Shown here: one piece after another, positions 21,485 to 33,000 of the stretch
How the letters are laid out: each line of letters starts with the position of its first letter
Numbering within the stretch: the stretch's first letter is position 1
Origin: Candidatus Bathyarchaeia archaeon
GTDB taxonomy: Archaea > Thermoproteota > Bathyarchaeia > 40CM-2-53-6
NCBI GenBank assembly: GCA_049517415.1
Contig: JBEKSC010000008.1
Coordinates: forward strand, 22,664 to 86,663
Length of the DNA: 64,000 nt
Direction of reading: 5' to 3'
Notes under the pieces: model-generated
Told to the model about the DNA's origin: nothing
Databases searched by the model: none
The model's input: the letters and a program-made list of their open reading frames with translations, nothing else
Position numbers and translations under genes: made by a program

Positions 21485-21958
21485 CTAACGCTTCCTTCTT
21501 GTGCGTCTCATGGCCATCAGGGCAGCTGAAAGCGCAACGACTGCAATCACCGAGATCATTCCCGACGGGAATTCGGGTACTGGTACGTGTGATTCCTCAA
21601 GGTCGAAGTTTATTGTACTTGCAGAACCTGCTGAAACGGCTACAGCGTTACTGTAAGGCTTGTAGCCTGGTTCTGTGACCGTAACGTTGTAGTTGCCGGC
21701 GGGGACGAACATGTAATAATAGCCGCCTGCACCAGAATATGCTACGAGGCTGTATTGGCCATTGTTCGCCGTGACGGTGGCCCAAGCAATTGGTTGAAGC
21801 TGGTTATACATATCAAAACCGAGCACATAGCCCGTTATCGCGCCGCCTCCCCCACCGTAATATTGGTCAGCACGAGACTGGGCAAAAGCAAACCTTGAGC
21901 CAAGAAGCATCAATGCGACAATGGCTGTCGCCAACAGAAGATATCGCACAGCCTTCAT
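21485..21958 (-). CDS. Secreted carboxypeptidase-regulatory-like domain protein with PEF-CTERM tail
   Basis: Signal peptide; PAGNYNVTVT.PGY beta-sandwich; PVPEFP, TM helix, RRTRRKR. Confidence 0.85.
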   Translation of the reverse strand: MKAVRYLLLATAIVALMLLGSRFAFAQSRADQYYGGGGGAITGYVLGFDMYNQLQPIAWATVTANNGQYSLVAYSGAGGYYYMFVPAGNYNVTVTEPGYKPYSNAVAVSAGSASTINFDLEESHVPVPEFPSGMISVIAVVALSAALMAMRRTRRKR

Positions 21959-22146
21959 TTCGGGTCATCAGAGAGATTCATGCAAGCTCCAATAAACGTT
22001 ATGCACTCATTCCAAGCCGTCGGGAGATAGGTGCACACGAACGAAGCAATAGTGAAAAGAATTCATGCATTGACATTTAACGGGAGAAGTGGGGAAGGTA
22101 CATGCATTTGCACGAGCAAGCCTAGGCATCCTAAAGGCAACCCACG

Positions 22147-24441
22147 ATGAGATTCAGAAGCTTAGCGCTCAGCATGATATTTACCGCATTGCTCGCGGGC
22201 AGCGTTACGGCTGCGGCTGCACAGGTTGTGGCTATTACTATACCGCAACCCCACGTCTCAGTTCCCAACCAGATAATTGATTTCTACGCTGGAGGAACGA
22301 GCGCGGGTTACACTCTCCGAGTATCGCCGCAAGGCGGCACTCTTTCAATAAATGATTACCTCACGATGGGCCTAATGCCGTGGGGTTACGTTACCGCACA
22401 ATGGAGTACCGGGCTAGAATACATCATTTTCTTGGTGAATGTTACACAAACGAACTTCAGAATCGGTTTTCTTTACTTGACGAATTCTTCCGAGGAGCCG
22501 TTTATGTTGCGTTTGTTCGATTATAGCACCGAGAACGTCAATTTGTGGACTTTCCAAGGGGCTCAACACGTCTATAACCGCACTGTCTCCACGTCCTCCG
22601 TTCAACTGCCAATATTACAGATGCCCCAGCCCGCAACGATTACCAATGCCATCTCCGCTCTCGGGCCTCAAATCTATCTCACGACGAAAGGGGGACTGCT
22701 ATTGAATGGCACAGCGTCCCTCAACATTTATCCCGTCATGAACCAACTGTTCTCGAACCCAACTGATTATAATGAGGTCTGGTCGCTTCTCGCCGATGAA
22801 GTTGGTAACTACTACTTTGCAATTCTATACATGCGGAACAACGATCCGTCACACGTCATCATCGAGCACCAGCTAATGCTGAATGATTATAGAAGATTTG
22901 ATGGCCGAACCATTGACGCACGATGGCAGAGGGGCTCATTCGGGAATGATGCCACCGTCAGGACGCCGATGCCCAATCTGACCGTGAATGTTGACGGCTT
23001 TCCGTTTCAAACAAACACCCGCGGTCTGGTTTCTGTCTCCGTTCCCAACGGCATCGTAACCGTCCAGGTTCCTGACGCCATATTGAATTCAACTAACTCA
23101 GAACTACGCTTTGCAGGTTGGAACAAGTTCGGTTCATCGAACCCGCTCAGCATACGGGTAAATTCGACATTAGACGTCACCGCCAAATACGAATCCGATT
23201 ATGCACTTGTCGTGAACAGCGCTTACGGTACTCCTCAAGGTTCTGGTTTGTACCCGCAAGGCGCGAACGCAACTTTTTCGGTCAAGAATGAAATGGATTA
23301 TGGTAATGGTACTAGACGAGTCTTCGAGCAGTGGGTGGGAGACTCAACCTCTACGGAGAATCAGGCTTGGATTATCCTCAACGCGCCCAAGAACGTTCTT
23401 GCGGTTTGGAAGACTCAATATACGGTCACACTCGGGACCCTTGGGCTGCCCCCCAGCGCAAGCGCTGTTGCGCTCGTAGGCGATTCGCTGGTCACGCTTA
23501 ACGGGAGCTCTCCATACTCAATATGGGTAGACGCAAATCATCCGTTGCCAATTTCAGTTCGGAGTACCCAAATTCTGGACTCCAGCGGTAATTACTCTTT
23601 CCAGGAAATTCGCGTTAACAACCAAGCGTACACAGGGGTCCTAGATGTGACCAAACCGGTCGATGTTTCCTTAGTATTTACTCAGGCCCCCAAGCAAAGT
23701 CCAGGCCTCAGCCTTCAAGTAATGCCGTCGGTTGCCGTTTCTGGCATTCCAGTGTCCATTACCGGCTCAGTTGACCCACTTGCAACCGACCCGACAACTG
23801 TCGTAATCTCTTACAGCTCAGGCGACAGCGGCTGGCAACAGATCGCAAATGTCCCAATCGCTCAGAACGGCGAGTTCGCTTACACTTGGCAAGCAACGGC
23901 CCCAGGAAACTATTCTATCAAAGCATCTTTGTCAGGCAACTCAAAGTATTCTTCAACCTCCCAAATCGTGGGAGTTCGAGTTGTGAATTCCGTTCCCATG
24001 GTTGTTGGATCTGATCTGTTTAATCAAATCCTGCACAGTGGGTTAGCGGCGGCAAGAAGCGTCCCATACTTAGGTACCCTTGTAAAGTTCACTGAGGCCT
24101 TGATGACGTTGGGTTATATGCTGGGCTCGTTCGTCATCCCAGGCGGGCCTCCTGTCGTTGGGTACTTCATCGGAAGTATCTTCGTCGGGTTCATTCTCGT
24201 CTTCCCGTTCAGCGCCGCACTCGTACTAGTTCGGGCCGCGAGGACAAAGCGCCGACCAAGCTTGCTATGGCTCACACCGATACTGGTTATCTGGTTATCA
24301 TCCTTGGCATTAGTTCTCTTGAGTCCAGCGCTCTCTTCCTCGCACTTTCTGCTTGTGGCTTCACAAATCGTGTTGGTGCTTAGCAATGTGTTTGCGATTC
24401 CTATGCTTGCATCTTTCAGACTTGCCAAACTAGTTGCTTGA
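22147..24441 (+). CDS. Membrane-anchored surface protein with divergent InlB-B-like repeats and an Ig-like domain
   Basis: Signal peptide; YGTPQGSG.Y...NGTRRVF..W.GD repeat; PGNYSIKA Ig-like domain; 3-4 C-terminal TM helices. Confidence 0.75.
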   Translation: MRFRSLALSMIFTALLAGSVTAAAAQVVAITIPQPHVSVPNQIIDFYAGGTSAGYTLRVSPQGGTLSINDYLTMGLMPWGYVTAQWSTGLEYIIFLVNVTQTNFRIGFLYLTNSSEEPFMLRLFDYSTENVNLWTFQGAQHVYNRTVSTSSVQLPILQMPQPATITNAISALGPQIYLTTKGGLLLNGTASLNIYPVMNQLFSNPTDYNEVWSLLADEVGNYYFAILYMRNNDPSHVIIEHQLMLNDYRRFDGRTIDARWQRGSFGNDATVRTPMPNLTVNVDGFPFQTNTRGLVSVSVPNGIVTVQVPDAILNSTNSELRFAGWNKFGSSNPLSIRVNSTLDVTAKYESDYALVVNSAYGTPQGSGLYPQGANATFSVKNEMDYGNGTRRVFEQWVGDSTSTENQAWIILNAPKNVLAVWKTQYTVTLGTLGLPPSASAVALVGDSLVTLNGSSPYSIWVDANHPLPISVRSTQILDSSGNYSFQEIRVNNQAYTGVLDVTKPVDVSLVFTQAPKQSPGLSLQVMPSVAVSGIPVSITGSVDPLATDPTTVVISYSSGDSGWQQIANVPIAQNGEFAYTWQATAPGNYSIKASLSGNSKYSSTSQIVGVRVVNSVPMVVGSDLFNQILHSGLAAARSVPYLGTLVKFTEALMTLGYMLGSFVIPGGPPVVGYFIGSIFVGFILVFPFSAALVLVRAARTKRRPSLLWLTPILVIWLSSLALVLLSPALSSSHFLLVASQIVLVLSNVFAIPMLASFRLAKLVA

Positions 24442-24601
24442 TGAACTCTGAAATCTTTCAGAATTCGAGAACGAGTAGTAACGTTGTAGGATTATTGTTA
24501 ATCCAAATCATTCGGCGGCATTGAGGGTGCACTGCTACGTGCAGCTAAACACTTTATGAATTCTGGGGGAACGGCCCAGTAAAGCTCCGGTCGGCGAGAT
24601 T

Positions 24602-27514
24602 ATGGTAGCGGGGAATGAAAGGAGAGTTACGATACTCGCTCTTCTCTTCTTCACATTGATTGCCGTTCCCAACCTACCGTCGGCTGTGTTCGGGCGAAGC
24701 AGTCAGCCAATTATGGCGTTCGAGCCTTCTTTGAATTCAACGATCCCAAGCCCGGCGATGCCGCTTCCCGCTCCAACCAAGGGCTATGCCCGTCAACTCG
24801 CGCCTGTTTCCGGAGTCATACGAGTTCTAATGATTGCAGTTGCTTTCTCAGATATTCCAAATCAAACAAGCATTGCCGTGTTGAAGCAAGAATACTTCGG
24901 CACCCTATCCACATATTATCACGAAGTATCACTTGGGACGGTCACAATTCAGGGCGACGCATACGGATGGTACAAGCTTCCCTATCCCGAAGCTCATTAT
25001 GGAAAGGACTGTCTAGCAATTGACGATGCTGATTGTAGCGGCGCAGACCAATCGTGGCAGATCGCCCAAGATGCTGCTCAGCTGGCCCAGAAGAATGTTA
25101 ACTTCCAAAATTATGATTACTACGTCTTCCTCCACTCAGGGGATGGACAGGAATCAAGCGGCGTGAAAAACGACGTCTGGTCAGTCACCTACCTCGGTGG
25201 AGTCTACGTTCAAACCAACACAAAAACCCTGATCAGATTCAACATAATCCCGGAACTTGAGGCAGGAGGCGCAGTGCCGGACGGGGTTTGGTGTCACGAA
25301 TTCGGCCACAACTTAGGGTTACCTGACCTTTACAATACCAGCAATGGCCAAACAATTTTGGGTCCCTGGGAGTTGATGGATAAGGGATTGTGGAATGGAA
25401 ACCCCGCGGGTTCAAGCCCGGCCCATATGTCCGCTTGGCCTAAACTTCAACTCGGATTTATCAGCGGGTCACAACTGGCAACAGCAAACATTGGAACGAC
25501 GAGCACCTTCACCATTGATCCCACTGAAATACCTTCGAGTAACATACATGTTATCGAGATACCTTGGACGAACACGCTCAACCCTAGCCAATACTACTTG
25601 GTTGAGGTTAGATCACCGATAGGTTTCGATTCAGCTTTACCTGCCGCAGGCGTTCTAATCACCTCCGTAGATAATACGGCAATCATAGGCAAAGTGCATG
25701 TTATCGATGGACATCCGAGTGTTCCTAGTTTAGAAGATGCTGTTTGGTACGTTGGCCAAACTTTCACTGACAGTCAGCACAACGTCGCTGTAACTGTGGC
25801 AGCAAAAGTTGGAAACTCTTACCAAGTGATTGTGAATCGGGGTGGATCTCAACCACCTCCGCCGCCAAATCAGAACAAGACCTACATCAACTTAGGAATA
25901 ACCGCCATCAATGCTCAACCCCAAGTAATTATCAGCCCCAACACAACGGTTACCGTTACCGTCCAAATAACGAACTTAGGAACTGAAGGAGCAACCAATG
26001 TTCCAGTAGAGGTCGACTTAGATGGTCAACTCTACACTAATACAGAAGTCAGTGCCGCCGCAGGTTCTGCAACTCAAACCTCCTTCACTTGGATCTCAGT
26101 TCTCGGAAGCCACGTGTTCAAAATCACCATAGATCCAAATCACACAATCAACAATACCAATACAGCAAATAACGTAGCGAGCGTCACACTCAACGTCGGC
26201 CCAGTACTCACGATCAATGTCCCGGCCAATGTAACATCAGCCGGTAGCATCTGGGTATTGATAAACGGCGTAAGGTACAATCTAACTTCGGGCCAACTGC
26301 AGACGAGCGTTCCGAGCGGGACTATAACCGTACAAGTGCAGCCAGCGGTCAACACTTCCCTAGGGGTCAGAGAATTATTCGGCGGCTGGTCTGACGGTAA
26401 CCTAACCAACCCACGGCAAATTGTTGTTACCTCAAATACCGCATTGCAAGCCGTTTACGCGACCCAATACTTGCTGTCCATAAACCAGAATGGCGGAACT
26501 ACAACTCCCAGCGGATGGTACTTCCCAGGTACAGTCGTTCAGGTGAATGCCGCGAATCCGTCAAACGTGACTGCTAGCGCCTCGAGGCTAATATTTGCCG
26601 GTTGGAACGGCGACCTTAATTCAACTTCAACTTCCTTGACGGTGAACATGTCCAAACCACTCACCTTGAGTGCAAGTTGGACGAAGCAATACTACGTCAC
26701 GATAATCTCCCCGACTGGCTCACCGACGGGGAGTGGCTGGTATGATGATGGCAATACCGCTACGGTGGCCGTTCAATCAACTGTTCAGTTCGCGAACGGG
26801 ACGAGAAAAATCTTTGCAGGCTGGAACGCAACCTCACTAGGTAACAACCCAACTGCGCAAGTTTACGTTGACTCTCCTACGACGCTTCAGGCCTCGTGGG
26901 AGACACAATACGCCGTAACCATTCAGTCCGAATACGGAACTCCACTCGGGTCAGGTTGGTATGATGTGGGTTCAACTGTACCAGTCTTTATACAAACGCA
27001 AGTGGATTATGGAAATGGGACACGTAGATCCTTTGCTAGTTGGACAGGTGACTACACTGGGACATCTCCTAACGTAACTTTGCGAGTAGACACGCCAAAA
27101 ACGTTGACGGCAAACTGGAACACCGAATACTTGGTCATCTTCAAAGTCGCCGGTCTGTCAAACTCAACAATAATCAAACTCAATCTCAACAATGAATACC
27201 ACGACCTTTCAATGAATAGCAACTTTCAAACTTGGTACCAGAGAGGCACAACGGTCAGCCCAACACTGAATCAAACGATCGTTGATGGGTTTTCAGTTCA
27301 CCAATTCTCAGGCTGGCGAAATGCAACAGGTGGCGCAATCGAGCCACCCCGTGCAATTAACTCTCCCGAAACCTTCGTAGCATCATATTCAAATTCACTA
27401 AGCCTGCCCCCTATCCCTGGTTTCCCGATCGAAAGCACAATCTTAGGAGTCTTAATTGGGTCACTAATGTTAGCGGCCGTCCGAAGACGTAGACCTCAAA
27501 AATCGGGCCGCTAA
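24602..27514 (+). CDS. M6 (immune inhibitor A-like) metalloprotease with CARDB domain, InlB-B-like repeats and PGF-type sorting tail
   Basis: HEFGHNLGLPDLY; WELM Met-turn; IDP.H.I...N..NN CARDB motif; repeated GSGWY units; PIPGFP, TM helix, RRRR. Confidence 0.88.
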   Translation: MVAGNERRVTILALLFFTLIAVPNLPSAVFGRSSQPIMAFEPSLNSTIPSPAMPLPAPTKGYARQLAPVSGVIRVLMIAVAFSDIPNQTSIAVLKQEYFGTLSTYYHEVSLGTVTIQGDAYGWYKLPYPEAHYGKDCLAIDDADCSGADQSWQIAQDAAQLAQKNVNFQNYDYYVFLHSGDGQESSGVKNDVWSVTYLGGVYVQTNTKTLIRFNIIPELEAGGAVPDGVWCHEFGHNLGLPDLYNTSNGQTILGPWELMDKGLWNGNPAGSSPAHMSAWPKLQLGFISGSQLATANIGTTSTFTIDPTEIPSSNIHVIEIPWTNTLNPSQYYLVEVRSPIGFDSALPAAGVLITSVDNTAIIGKVHVIDGHPSVPSLEDAVWYVGQTFTDSQHNVAVTVAAKVGNSYQVIVNRGGSQPPPPPNQNKTYINLGITAINAQPQVIISPNTTVTVTVQITNLGTEGATNVPVEVDLDGQLYTNTEVSAAAGSATQTSFTWISVLGSHVFKITIDPNHTINNTNTANNVASVTLNVGPVLTINVPANVTSAGSIWVLINGVRYNLTSGQLQTSVPSGTITVQVQPAVNTSLGVRELFGGWSDGNLTNPRQIVVTSNTALQAVYATQYLLSINQNGGTTTPSGWYFPGTVVQVNAANPSNVTASASRLIFAGWNGDLNSTSTSLTVNMSKPLTLSASWTKQYYVTIISPTGSPTGSGWYDDGNTATVAVQSTVQFANGTRKIFAGWNATSLGNNPTAQVYVDSPTTLQASWETQYAVTIQSEYGTPLGSGWYDVGSTVPVFIQTQVDYGNGTRRSFASWTGDYTGTSPNVTLRVDTPKTLTANWNTEYLVIFKVAGLSNSTIIKLNLNNEYHDLSMNSNFQTWYQRGTTVSPTLNQTIVDGFSVHQFSGWRNATGGAIEPPRAINSPETFVASYSNSLSLPPIPGFPIESTILGVLIGSLMLAAVRRRRPQKSGR

Positions 27515-27584
27515 CCTCTTCGAATAGAGGCGTGCAGAAAGCGAACGATTCTGGACAAGTTTGGAAAGAGGTCAGGGTCCCGTG

Positions 27585-29777
27585 CTAGACGTCTGATAGA
27601 GGTGCTGGTTTACTCCGAGTGAGAAAGATGATTCCTTTACCTTGCTGAACTTGGAAGCGAGTCCAGCGGTCGATATAGGGCCTGTCTCTTAGCTTCTTGA
27701 TCCTCAATCGCCTTCGTTGTCCGCTGCCAGATTCCTGAAGTTCTGTCTCAATGACACAATCAGAGGATTCCTCAAGCTTCGTCAGATCCGCTTTCTCAAT
27801 TCCCGTCCCTACCGTTACGCAGAATTTTCCGCCGTTTGCCTTCACCTTCGCGGCGACAGATTGAAGGAAATTTATCAAGTAATCAATCCGCAAAGCAGTG
27901 ATTAGTGGATTCAATGAATCGAAATAGACGTCCGCTCCCAGCCCGGCGACCTCCAAGCATTTCGTAATTTTCAAACTCAAATTAGTCAAGTCTGTGTGTG
28001 AAGAAACCGAAAATTCTTCCTTCGACAAACCTCCACCGACCGCAGAATAGGCGTCGATAAAGATCAGTTTGTCACCCTGCAAGTTACTTTCATCCGTTAC
28101 TCCAAGCCTTAACATGTTCTCACGAGTTTTGTGAGGATACTCGGTGTTGGTTATGTAGATTGATTTGCCTTGCGCAAAGTGTTCGGCGGCAAGGGAATTT
28201 AGAAGGACACTCTTCCCGGAACCAGAGTTGCCTGATATCATTATGAAACAAGTTTCGGGTAAGCGTCCTTGTGTGAGCTCTGTGAAATAGGCGAAGCTCC
28301 TTGGGTAGAGTTTGCCGCGCCTCCGTCGAACTAGTACAACAGACGCGAGTGATAGAAAAGCAAGGGCGCCTATCAATGTAAGCGTTCGATGAGGAAACGG
28401 AACCGTTACAATAGTGGGACCATTTGTCCGCACATTCAATGGGAATTCATACGTGGCAAGGAGGTAATCCACGCGAACCGTGTAGTTCCCTGCCGGGATC
28501 GTCTTAAAGTTGGCAATTCCACTTACCCCGGTGAGCACCTCTTGAACAGCGTTTTTCTGGTACAGTGTGACACTCGCTAGGGGAACCGGGACGGGCAAAG
28601 GCAATCCACCCAGTCTGATCCTGATCGATGGATCGAAAACCTGGAGTTCTATCCGAAGCTGCTGCAGCGTAGCGTTCACGACGTCAAGTGGAAAGCGTGT
28701 CCGTGTTCCAAGCCAAGTAATCGTAAGATCCAGTGAACCCACCACTCGTGTGGAAGGCAACGATAATGTGCCCCAGCCTGATGCATTCGTCACCGCGCTC
28801 CAATTCGCGTCTGTTCCCAAACTCACCGTCAAAGTTGCATTGTCAAGAACCGTTCCATCTGAACCAACAGCTTCAATGGCGAGGGGATAAAACGAACTTA
28901 TCCAAAGATGGTCCGTGAACGAATAACTGCCGCCTGATAGGTCGCGCAACAACAGGGCGACTTGCCATTCGCCCTCGCTTAGTCTCGATGTGACTGACAT
29001 TTGGCTTGAGTAGTCAGTGCTGTTTTCAGCGTTGAGCGCAAAATCGATGTTCGATCCGTTCGGAGCTGTTAACTCGAATGAACGTGAAATGAAACGGTAG
29101 ACGCCGATTGCGTCGTTAACCTCTGCTTGGATTGTGACAGCTTGGCTGCCTGTTGAGTCCGCTTGAAAGACTTTACCGAAACTGGGTTGGCCGAGGAACT
29201 GCAGAACTGCTGAAGTGGGAGACACAACTTGAATTCTTAGGCCCGTTGGTGTTCCGGGAGCATCCCACACCAAGAGTGGCGGGCCGGTGCCTGACGTTTG
29301 GTTAGCATTAATGCGAAGCACTATGGCTGAGTCTTCTTGGAATTTGTAATCGGCCAATCCTCCCGCGCCAAGCGTCACCGGTGTAGCTACGGTGGTTAGG
29401 CTGAGTTGGGCGTCCACTCTCGCGCCGGGAATCGCCGTCTCAGTTCCTTCCTTCGAGAGTTCGGTGACTTGGACTGCGACAGTTCCGAAGAAGGCCCCGC
29501 TCGCGCGAAGATATAGGGTGAACGTGATAGCCCCCTGAATTTCTAAACTCTCACCAAGCACCGGGCTAAGCCTGAAAGCGAGGCCTTTACCCAAGTCTGC
29601 ACTCTTCTGCCCAGTCCATTGCGGCAGGGCGTTCAAAATCGCGGAAGAACCGTAAGAATGAGCATACAAAACTAAGTATTGTGGCGGAGCCTGCGCGCTC
29701 GCAACAGGTGCCATCAAGAATGGCAATAGAAAGAGAAGAATGAGCAAGCGAGAGGTCCGCAATAGAAAGGCCGACAC
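27585..29777 (-). CDS. Single-pass protein with a beta-rich ectodomain and a cytoplasmic KaiC/RAD55-like ATPase
   Basis: Signal peptide; TM helix plus RRRR at about aa 465-490; GNSGSGKS Walker A, FDSL Walker B, RRRLRIKKLR. Confidence 0.8.
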   Translation of the reverse strand: MSAFLLRTSRLLILLFLLPFLMAPVASAQAPPQYLVLYAHSYGSSAILNALPQWTGQKSADLGKGLAFRLSPVLGESLEIQGAITFTLYLRASGAFFGTVAVQVTELSKEGTETAIPGARVDAQLSLTTVATPVTLGAGGLADYKFQEDSAIVLRINANQTSGTGPPLLVWDAPGTPTGLRIQVVSPTSAVLQFLGQPSFGKVFQADSTGSQAVTIQAEVNDAIGVYRFISRSFELTAPNGSNIDFALNAENSTDYSSQMSVTSRLSEGEWQVALLLRDLSGGSYSFTDHLWISSFYPLAIEAVGSDGTVLDNATLTVSLGTDANWSAVTNASGWGTLSLPSTRVVGSLDLTITWLGTRTRFPLDVVNATLQQLRIELQVFDPSIRIRLGGLPLPVPVPLASVTLYQKNAVQEVLTGVSGIANFKTIPAGNYTVRVDYLLATYEFPLNVRTNGPTIVTVPFPHRTLTLIGALAFLSLASVVLVRRRRGKLYPRSFAYFTELTQGRLPETCFIMISGNSGSGKSVLLNSLAAEHFAQGKSIYITNTEYPHKTRENMLRLGVTDESNLQGDKLIFIDAYSAVGGGLSKEEFSVSSHTDLTNLSLKITKCLEVAGLGADVYFDSLNPLITALRIDYLINFLQSVAAKVKANGGKFCVTVGTGIEKADLTKLEESSDCVIETELQESGSGQRRRLRIKKLRDRPYIDRWTRFQVQQGKGIIFLTRSKPAPLSDV

Positions 29778-29934
29778 GTGGTATACGAACGTGCCAATTT
29801 AGGATTGTCTTTGATTCATCCACCGAAAAGTAATCCCTGTTTTCTGGCATTATTTCATGCGTTTGCGTTAAAATCAATGAATTTTTGGGGCCGATTTGAC
29901 ATTTTGGCTGATATATCGGTGTCCGAGGCGTCGG

Positions 29935-29942
29935 CTTATATA
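29935..29942 (+). promoter_or_regulatory. Candidate TATA box for the large surface-protein gene
   Basis: CTTATATA about 75 bp upstream of the TTG at 30015; GGGAGA RBS-like site at about 30000. Confidence 0.45.
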
Positions 29943-30014
29943 TGTTCAGGCCGGTCTAGACGAAATTTGTATGCGTATGTAATGCGCATAACAGAATTAG
30001 GGAGAAAATGAAAA

Positions 30015-33000
30015 TTGCATAAGAAATTAGCTGCAGCGCTAACAATCGCTATTTTCCTTATTAGCACGCTAGCAATTGTGAACCCGGTCCAAGCGACCTT
30101 TACGCTTGGCAACTTAACTGGAAGCTACCCGTATGACGTTAACAATTTTGATCCGCACGTGGCTGGACCTGTCGGTTATGTCTGGCCGGGCGGCGGTCAA
30201 GCCGCATACCAGGGAATGTTGAACTCTGCTTCCAATTCTATGGCACCGGGATATCAGTCACCTTACCCGTCGGGCAATCCGCCGGGTGCACCGGCCAGTT
30301 GGTATCAGCTTGAGAGCGACGCATACTCGCCGTTCGGAGCTCCACTAACAGGCTCGACTGGTGACCTGATATTCGCATTAAACGCAACATGCACACCAAT
30401 CAATTGGCAACCAGCAAACCTAGCAGCATGTGCCACTCAATTTGACGCAAACGGAAATGGAGTGAAACAGGCTGAAATTCAGACACCACTCGCGGACACG
30501 AAAGGTTGGGATTCGTGGGTTATCCTAATCCCACCCGAATTCAACGTACCGCTCTATGGAGCGGGCGAAGCACAGGTAGCAACTACAATAACGAACAATG
30601 CGGCCGATGTCGGAGTTTACAGAGTATCGCCCTTCGACAGATACGCGCCCAACTATACAGCGATCTACATCACTGCCGATGGAACAGTGCAGAGTGAACA
30701 TAAATCCGACTTAGGCACTAACACCGTAGGCTACAACCACCAATTCATCAACTTCACGAGCGCAGGTGAATTTTACTACGCCAGAATCAACGGCGTAACC
30801 GCACCAAAGGTCGCCGGTAAGTACTTCTTCAAGATGTTACTGGTCGGCAACCTCGCAAGCAACGGCAAAATCAATGTTGGACCAACTCAAGCTGGTGCAG
30901 GTACAGACGCGGAGAATCCAGATGTTTGGGTTCCACCGCAAAACTGGCCAGTTATGCTTGTGAAGGGTGAAGTTGACCCGGCAATCGTGACCGGAACTCT
31001 CCGGTACGCTGGGTACAACGCGTCCCTATACGGGCAACCAATTGAGGAAGCGGGTCAAGTGTGGGCTCACATGACTACTCGTCTAGACCCATACACGGGG
31101 GCTCAACGCCCCGACTTGCCGACGGTTGACGCACAGGCGTACGTGAACGCGACCGCGACCGGCCACTATGAAGTGGAAGGTCTCGCTCCGGGCATTTACA
31201 GCTTGTACGCGTCCGCGGCGGGTTATCCGCAGACTCTCTGTGCTAGCGGCATAACAGTATTGAGGGGGCAATCCCTTCACTTCGACTGCTACCTACAACC
31301 AGGCCCAGTAATTCATGGGCAAGTGTTCACGAAGCATCAGTTCGGCGATGAGCCGTGGCCAGGAAACTTGACGACGGGTTCGTACATAAAGATTGAACTT
31401 TATGGCGCCCCGACGCTCAGCAACTTGGTTGACCCAAGTGCAGGCAGTCCAGTCTCATGGTCTCCGTTACCATGCACCGCGGGAGGCCAAGAAAAATACT
31501 ACGGACGCCGGGCGGCCGGACTCTGTGGTGACCCACGTGATGGAAGCGCAATCGCGTTTCCATGGCATGAGTACAGCACAGACATGAACGTGGTCGCTCA
31601 ACCGCCGGTTGGCGGAACAGCGCCAGGTTATGCGAACGGGTACACGCGCGACGTATCAATGACTGATGTTTTCGGCAGCACTAAGTTGACGTCTGACCCT
31701 GAAGGGGTCGGGCCTCCACAGAAATGGTTCGTTCAGGGCGGGACAACTACTCCGTTCGCTTACGAGTTCGGGCTTAAGGGTGAGTACGGTGCTCCAACTG
31801 ACCTCAGCGGTGAAGTACCGCAGGTCTATGCGACTTGGATCAACGGCTTGACCCCGGGAAGATACTATGTGCGTGCATGGGTCTTCCGTTATGTTCAAAC
31901 AGCTCTGGATGGTTCTATCTTCCAAGAGTACTACTTTGACATAACGCCGAATGAGTGGGCTGGAGATGTGACGTTGCCTCTTGACCTACGCTTATCAAGC
32001 TGGGTTAACAAGACAGTGTACTTCCACGACACATCCAACACCATAACAACCAGCCCTGTCCACAGCGGTGCAGGATTTCTTTGGGGTAACCTGATGGGCG
32101 CTGATGGGCACGTATATGCCCATAACGTAACCAACCTAGGCTACGATGACTTGTACTACTCATGCGCCTACGATTCCAACTCAAACGGCAGACAAGACAG
32201 AAACCAAAAAACGTTCGGAACTTACACGAGCATCTACACTGGAGTCCAGTATGTTGGTTCGGGAGAAACGGGTGCTCCTAGTATGTCATGCGCGGGCGAC
32301 TCCAACCAACTCAACAGGGCGCACACGAATGCTGATTCACTAGCCTCTGGAAAGGCAGCAATCCAATTCTTTGGCTTCAACGACACTTGGGGTGGCGAAG
32401 ACTACGGCATCCCATCTGGAACATATACACCGAACGTGGCCACAGACGGCTACTACAGCCCGTCCCCAGAGCAACAAGTATCAGTCACACTGAGCGGTAA
32501 CCCAACCTCCATCAGCGATCACTTGTTCCTCGCCCCAGGCTTCAACGTAACCGTAACCAGCATTGACTGGGAACGGCCAAGTGTAGCCCGACCGTGGATC
32601 TGGTCCGGTTGCCAAGACGCGGGAGCAAATGGCCTCGCGAACGGCAACGGCAATGCCGCACACAGCAACGCTGACAAAGACAGCGGCTGTACAGGATCAG
32701 AGATCGACCTCGGTTTCTACCCGGTAGTGAACGGCACAGCGGGCAACATCTATGACACCATCGGTGACACATCCAGCTACTTCTACCTACCCTCAAGCAT
32801 CCCATCCACCCAACTATACCAAGGTCCAGAGGGAACGGACTGCCTCCTAGGCAAGTCACCCGCGTACACCTGTACTGAGATGGATGGCGGTGGACGCAAT
32901 GTACTCCAGTACTACCAAATCTCGCACGGTGTCTTTTACGGCGATTCCGCACGCTACGCATTCGTGGGAGGACAAACCGCGGGCAAGAACGGATTCACTA

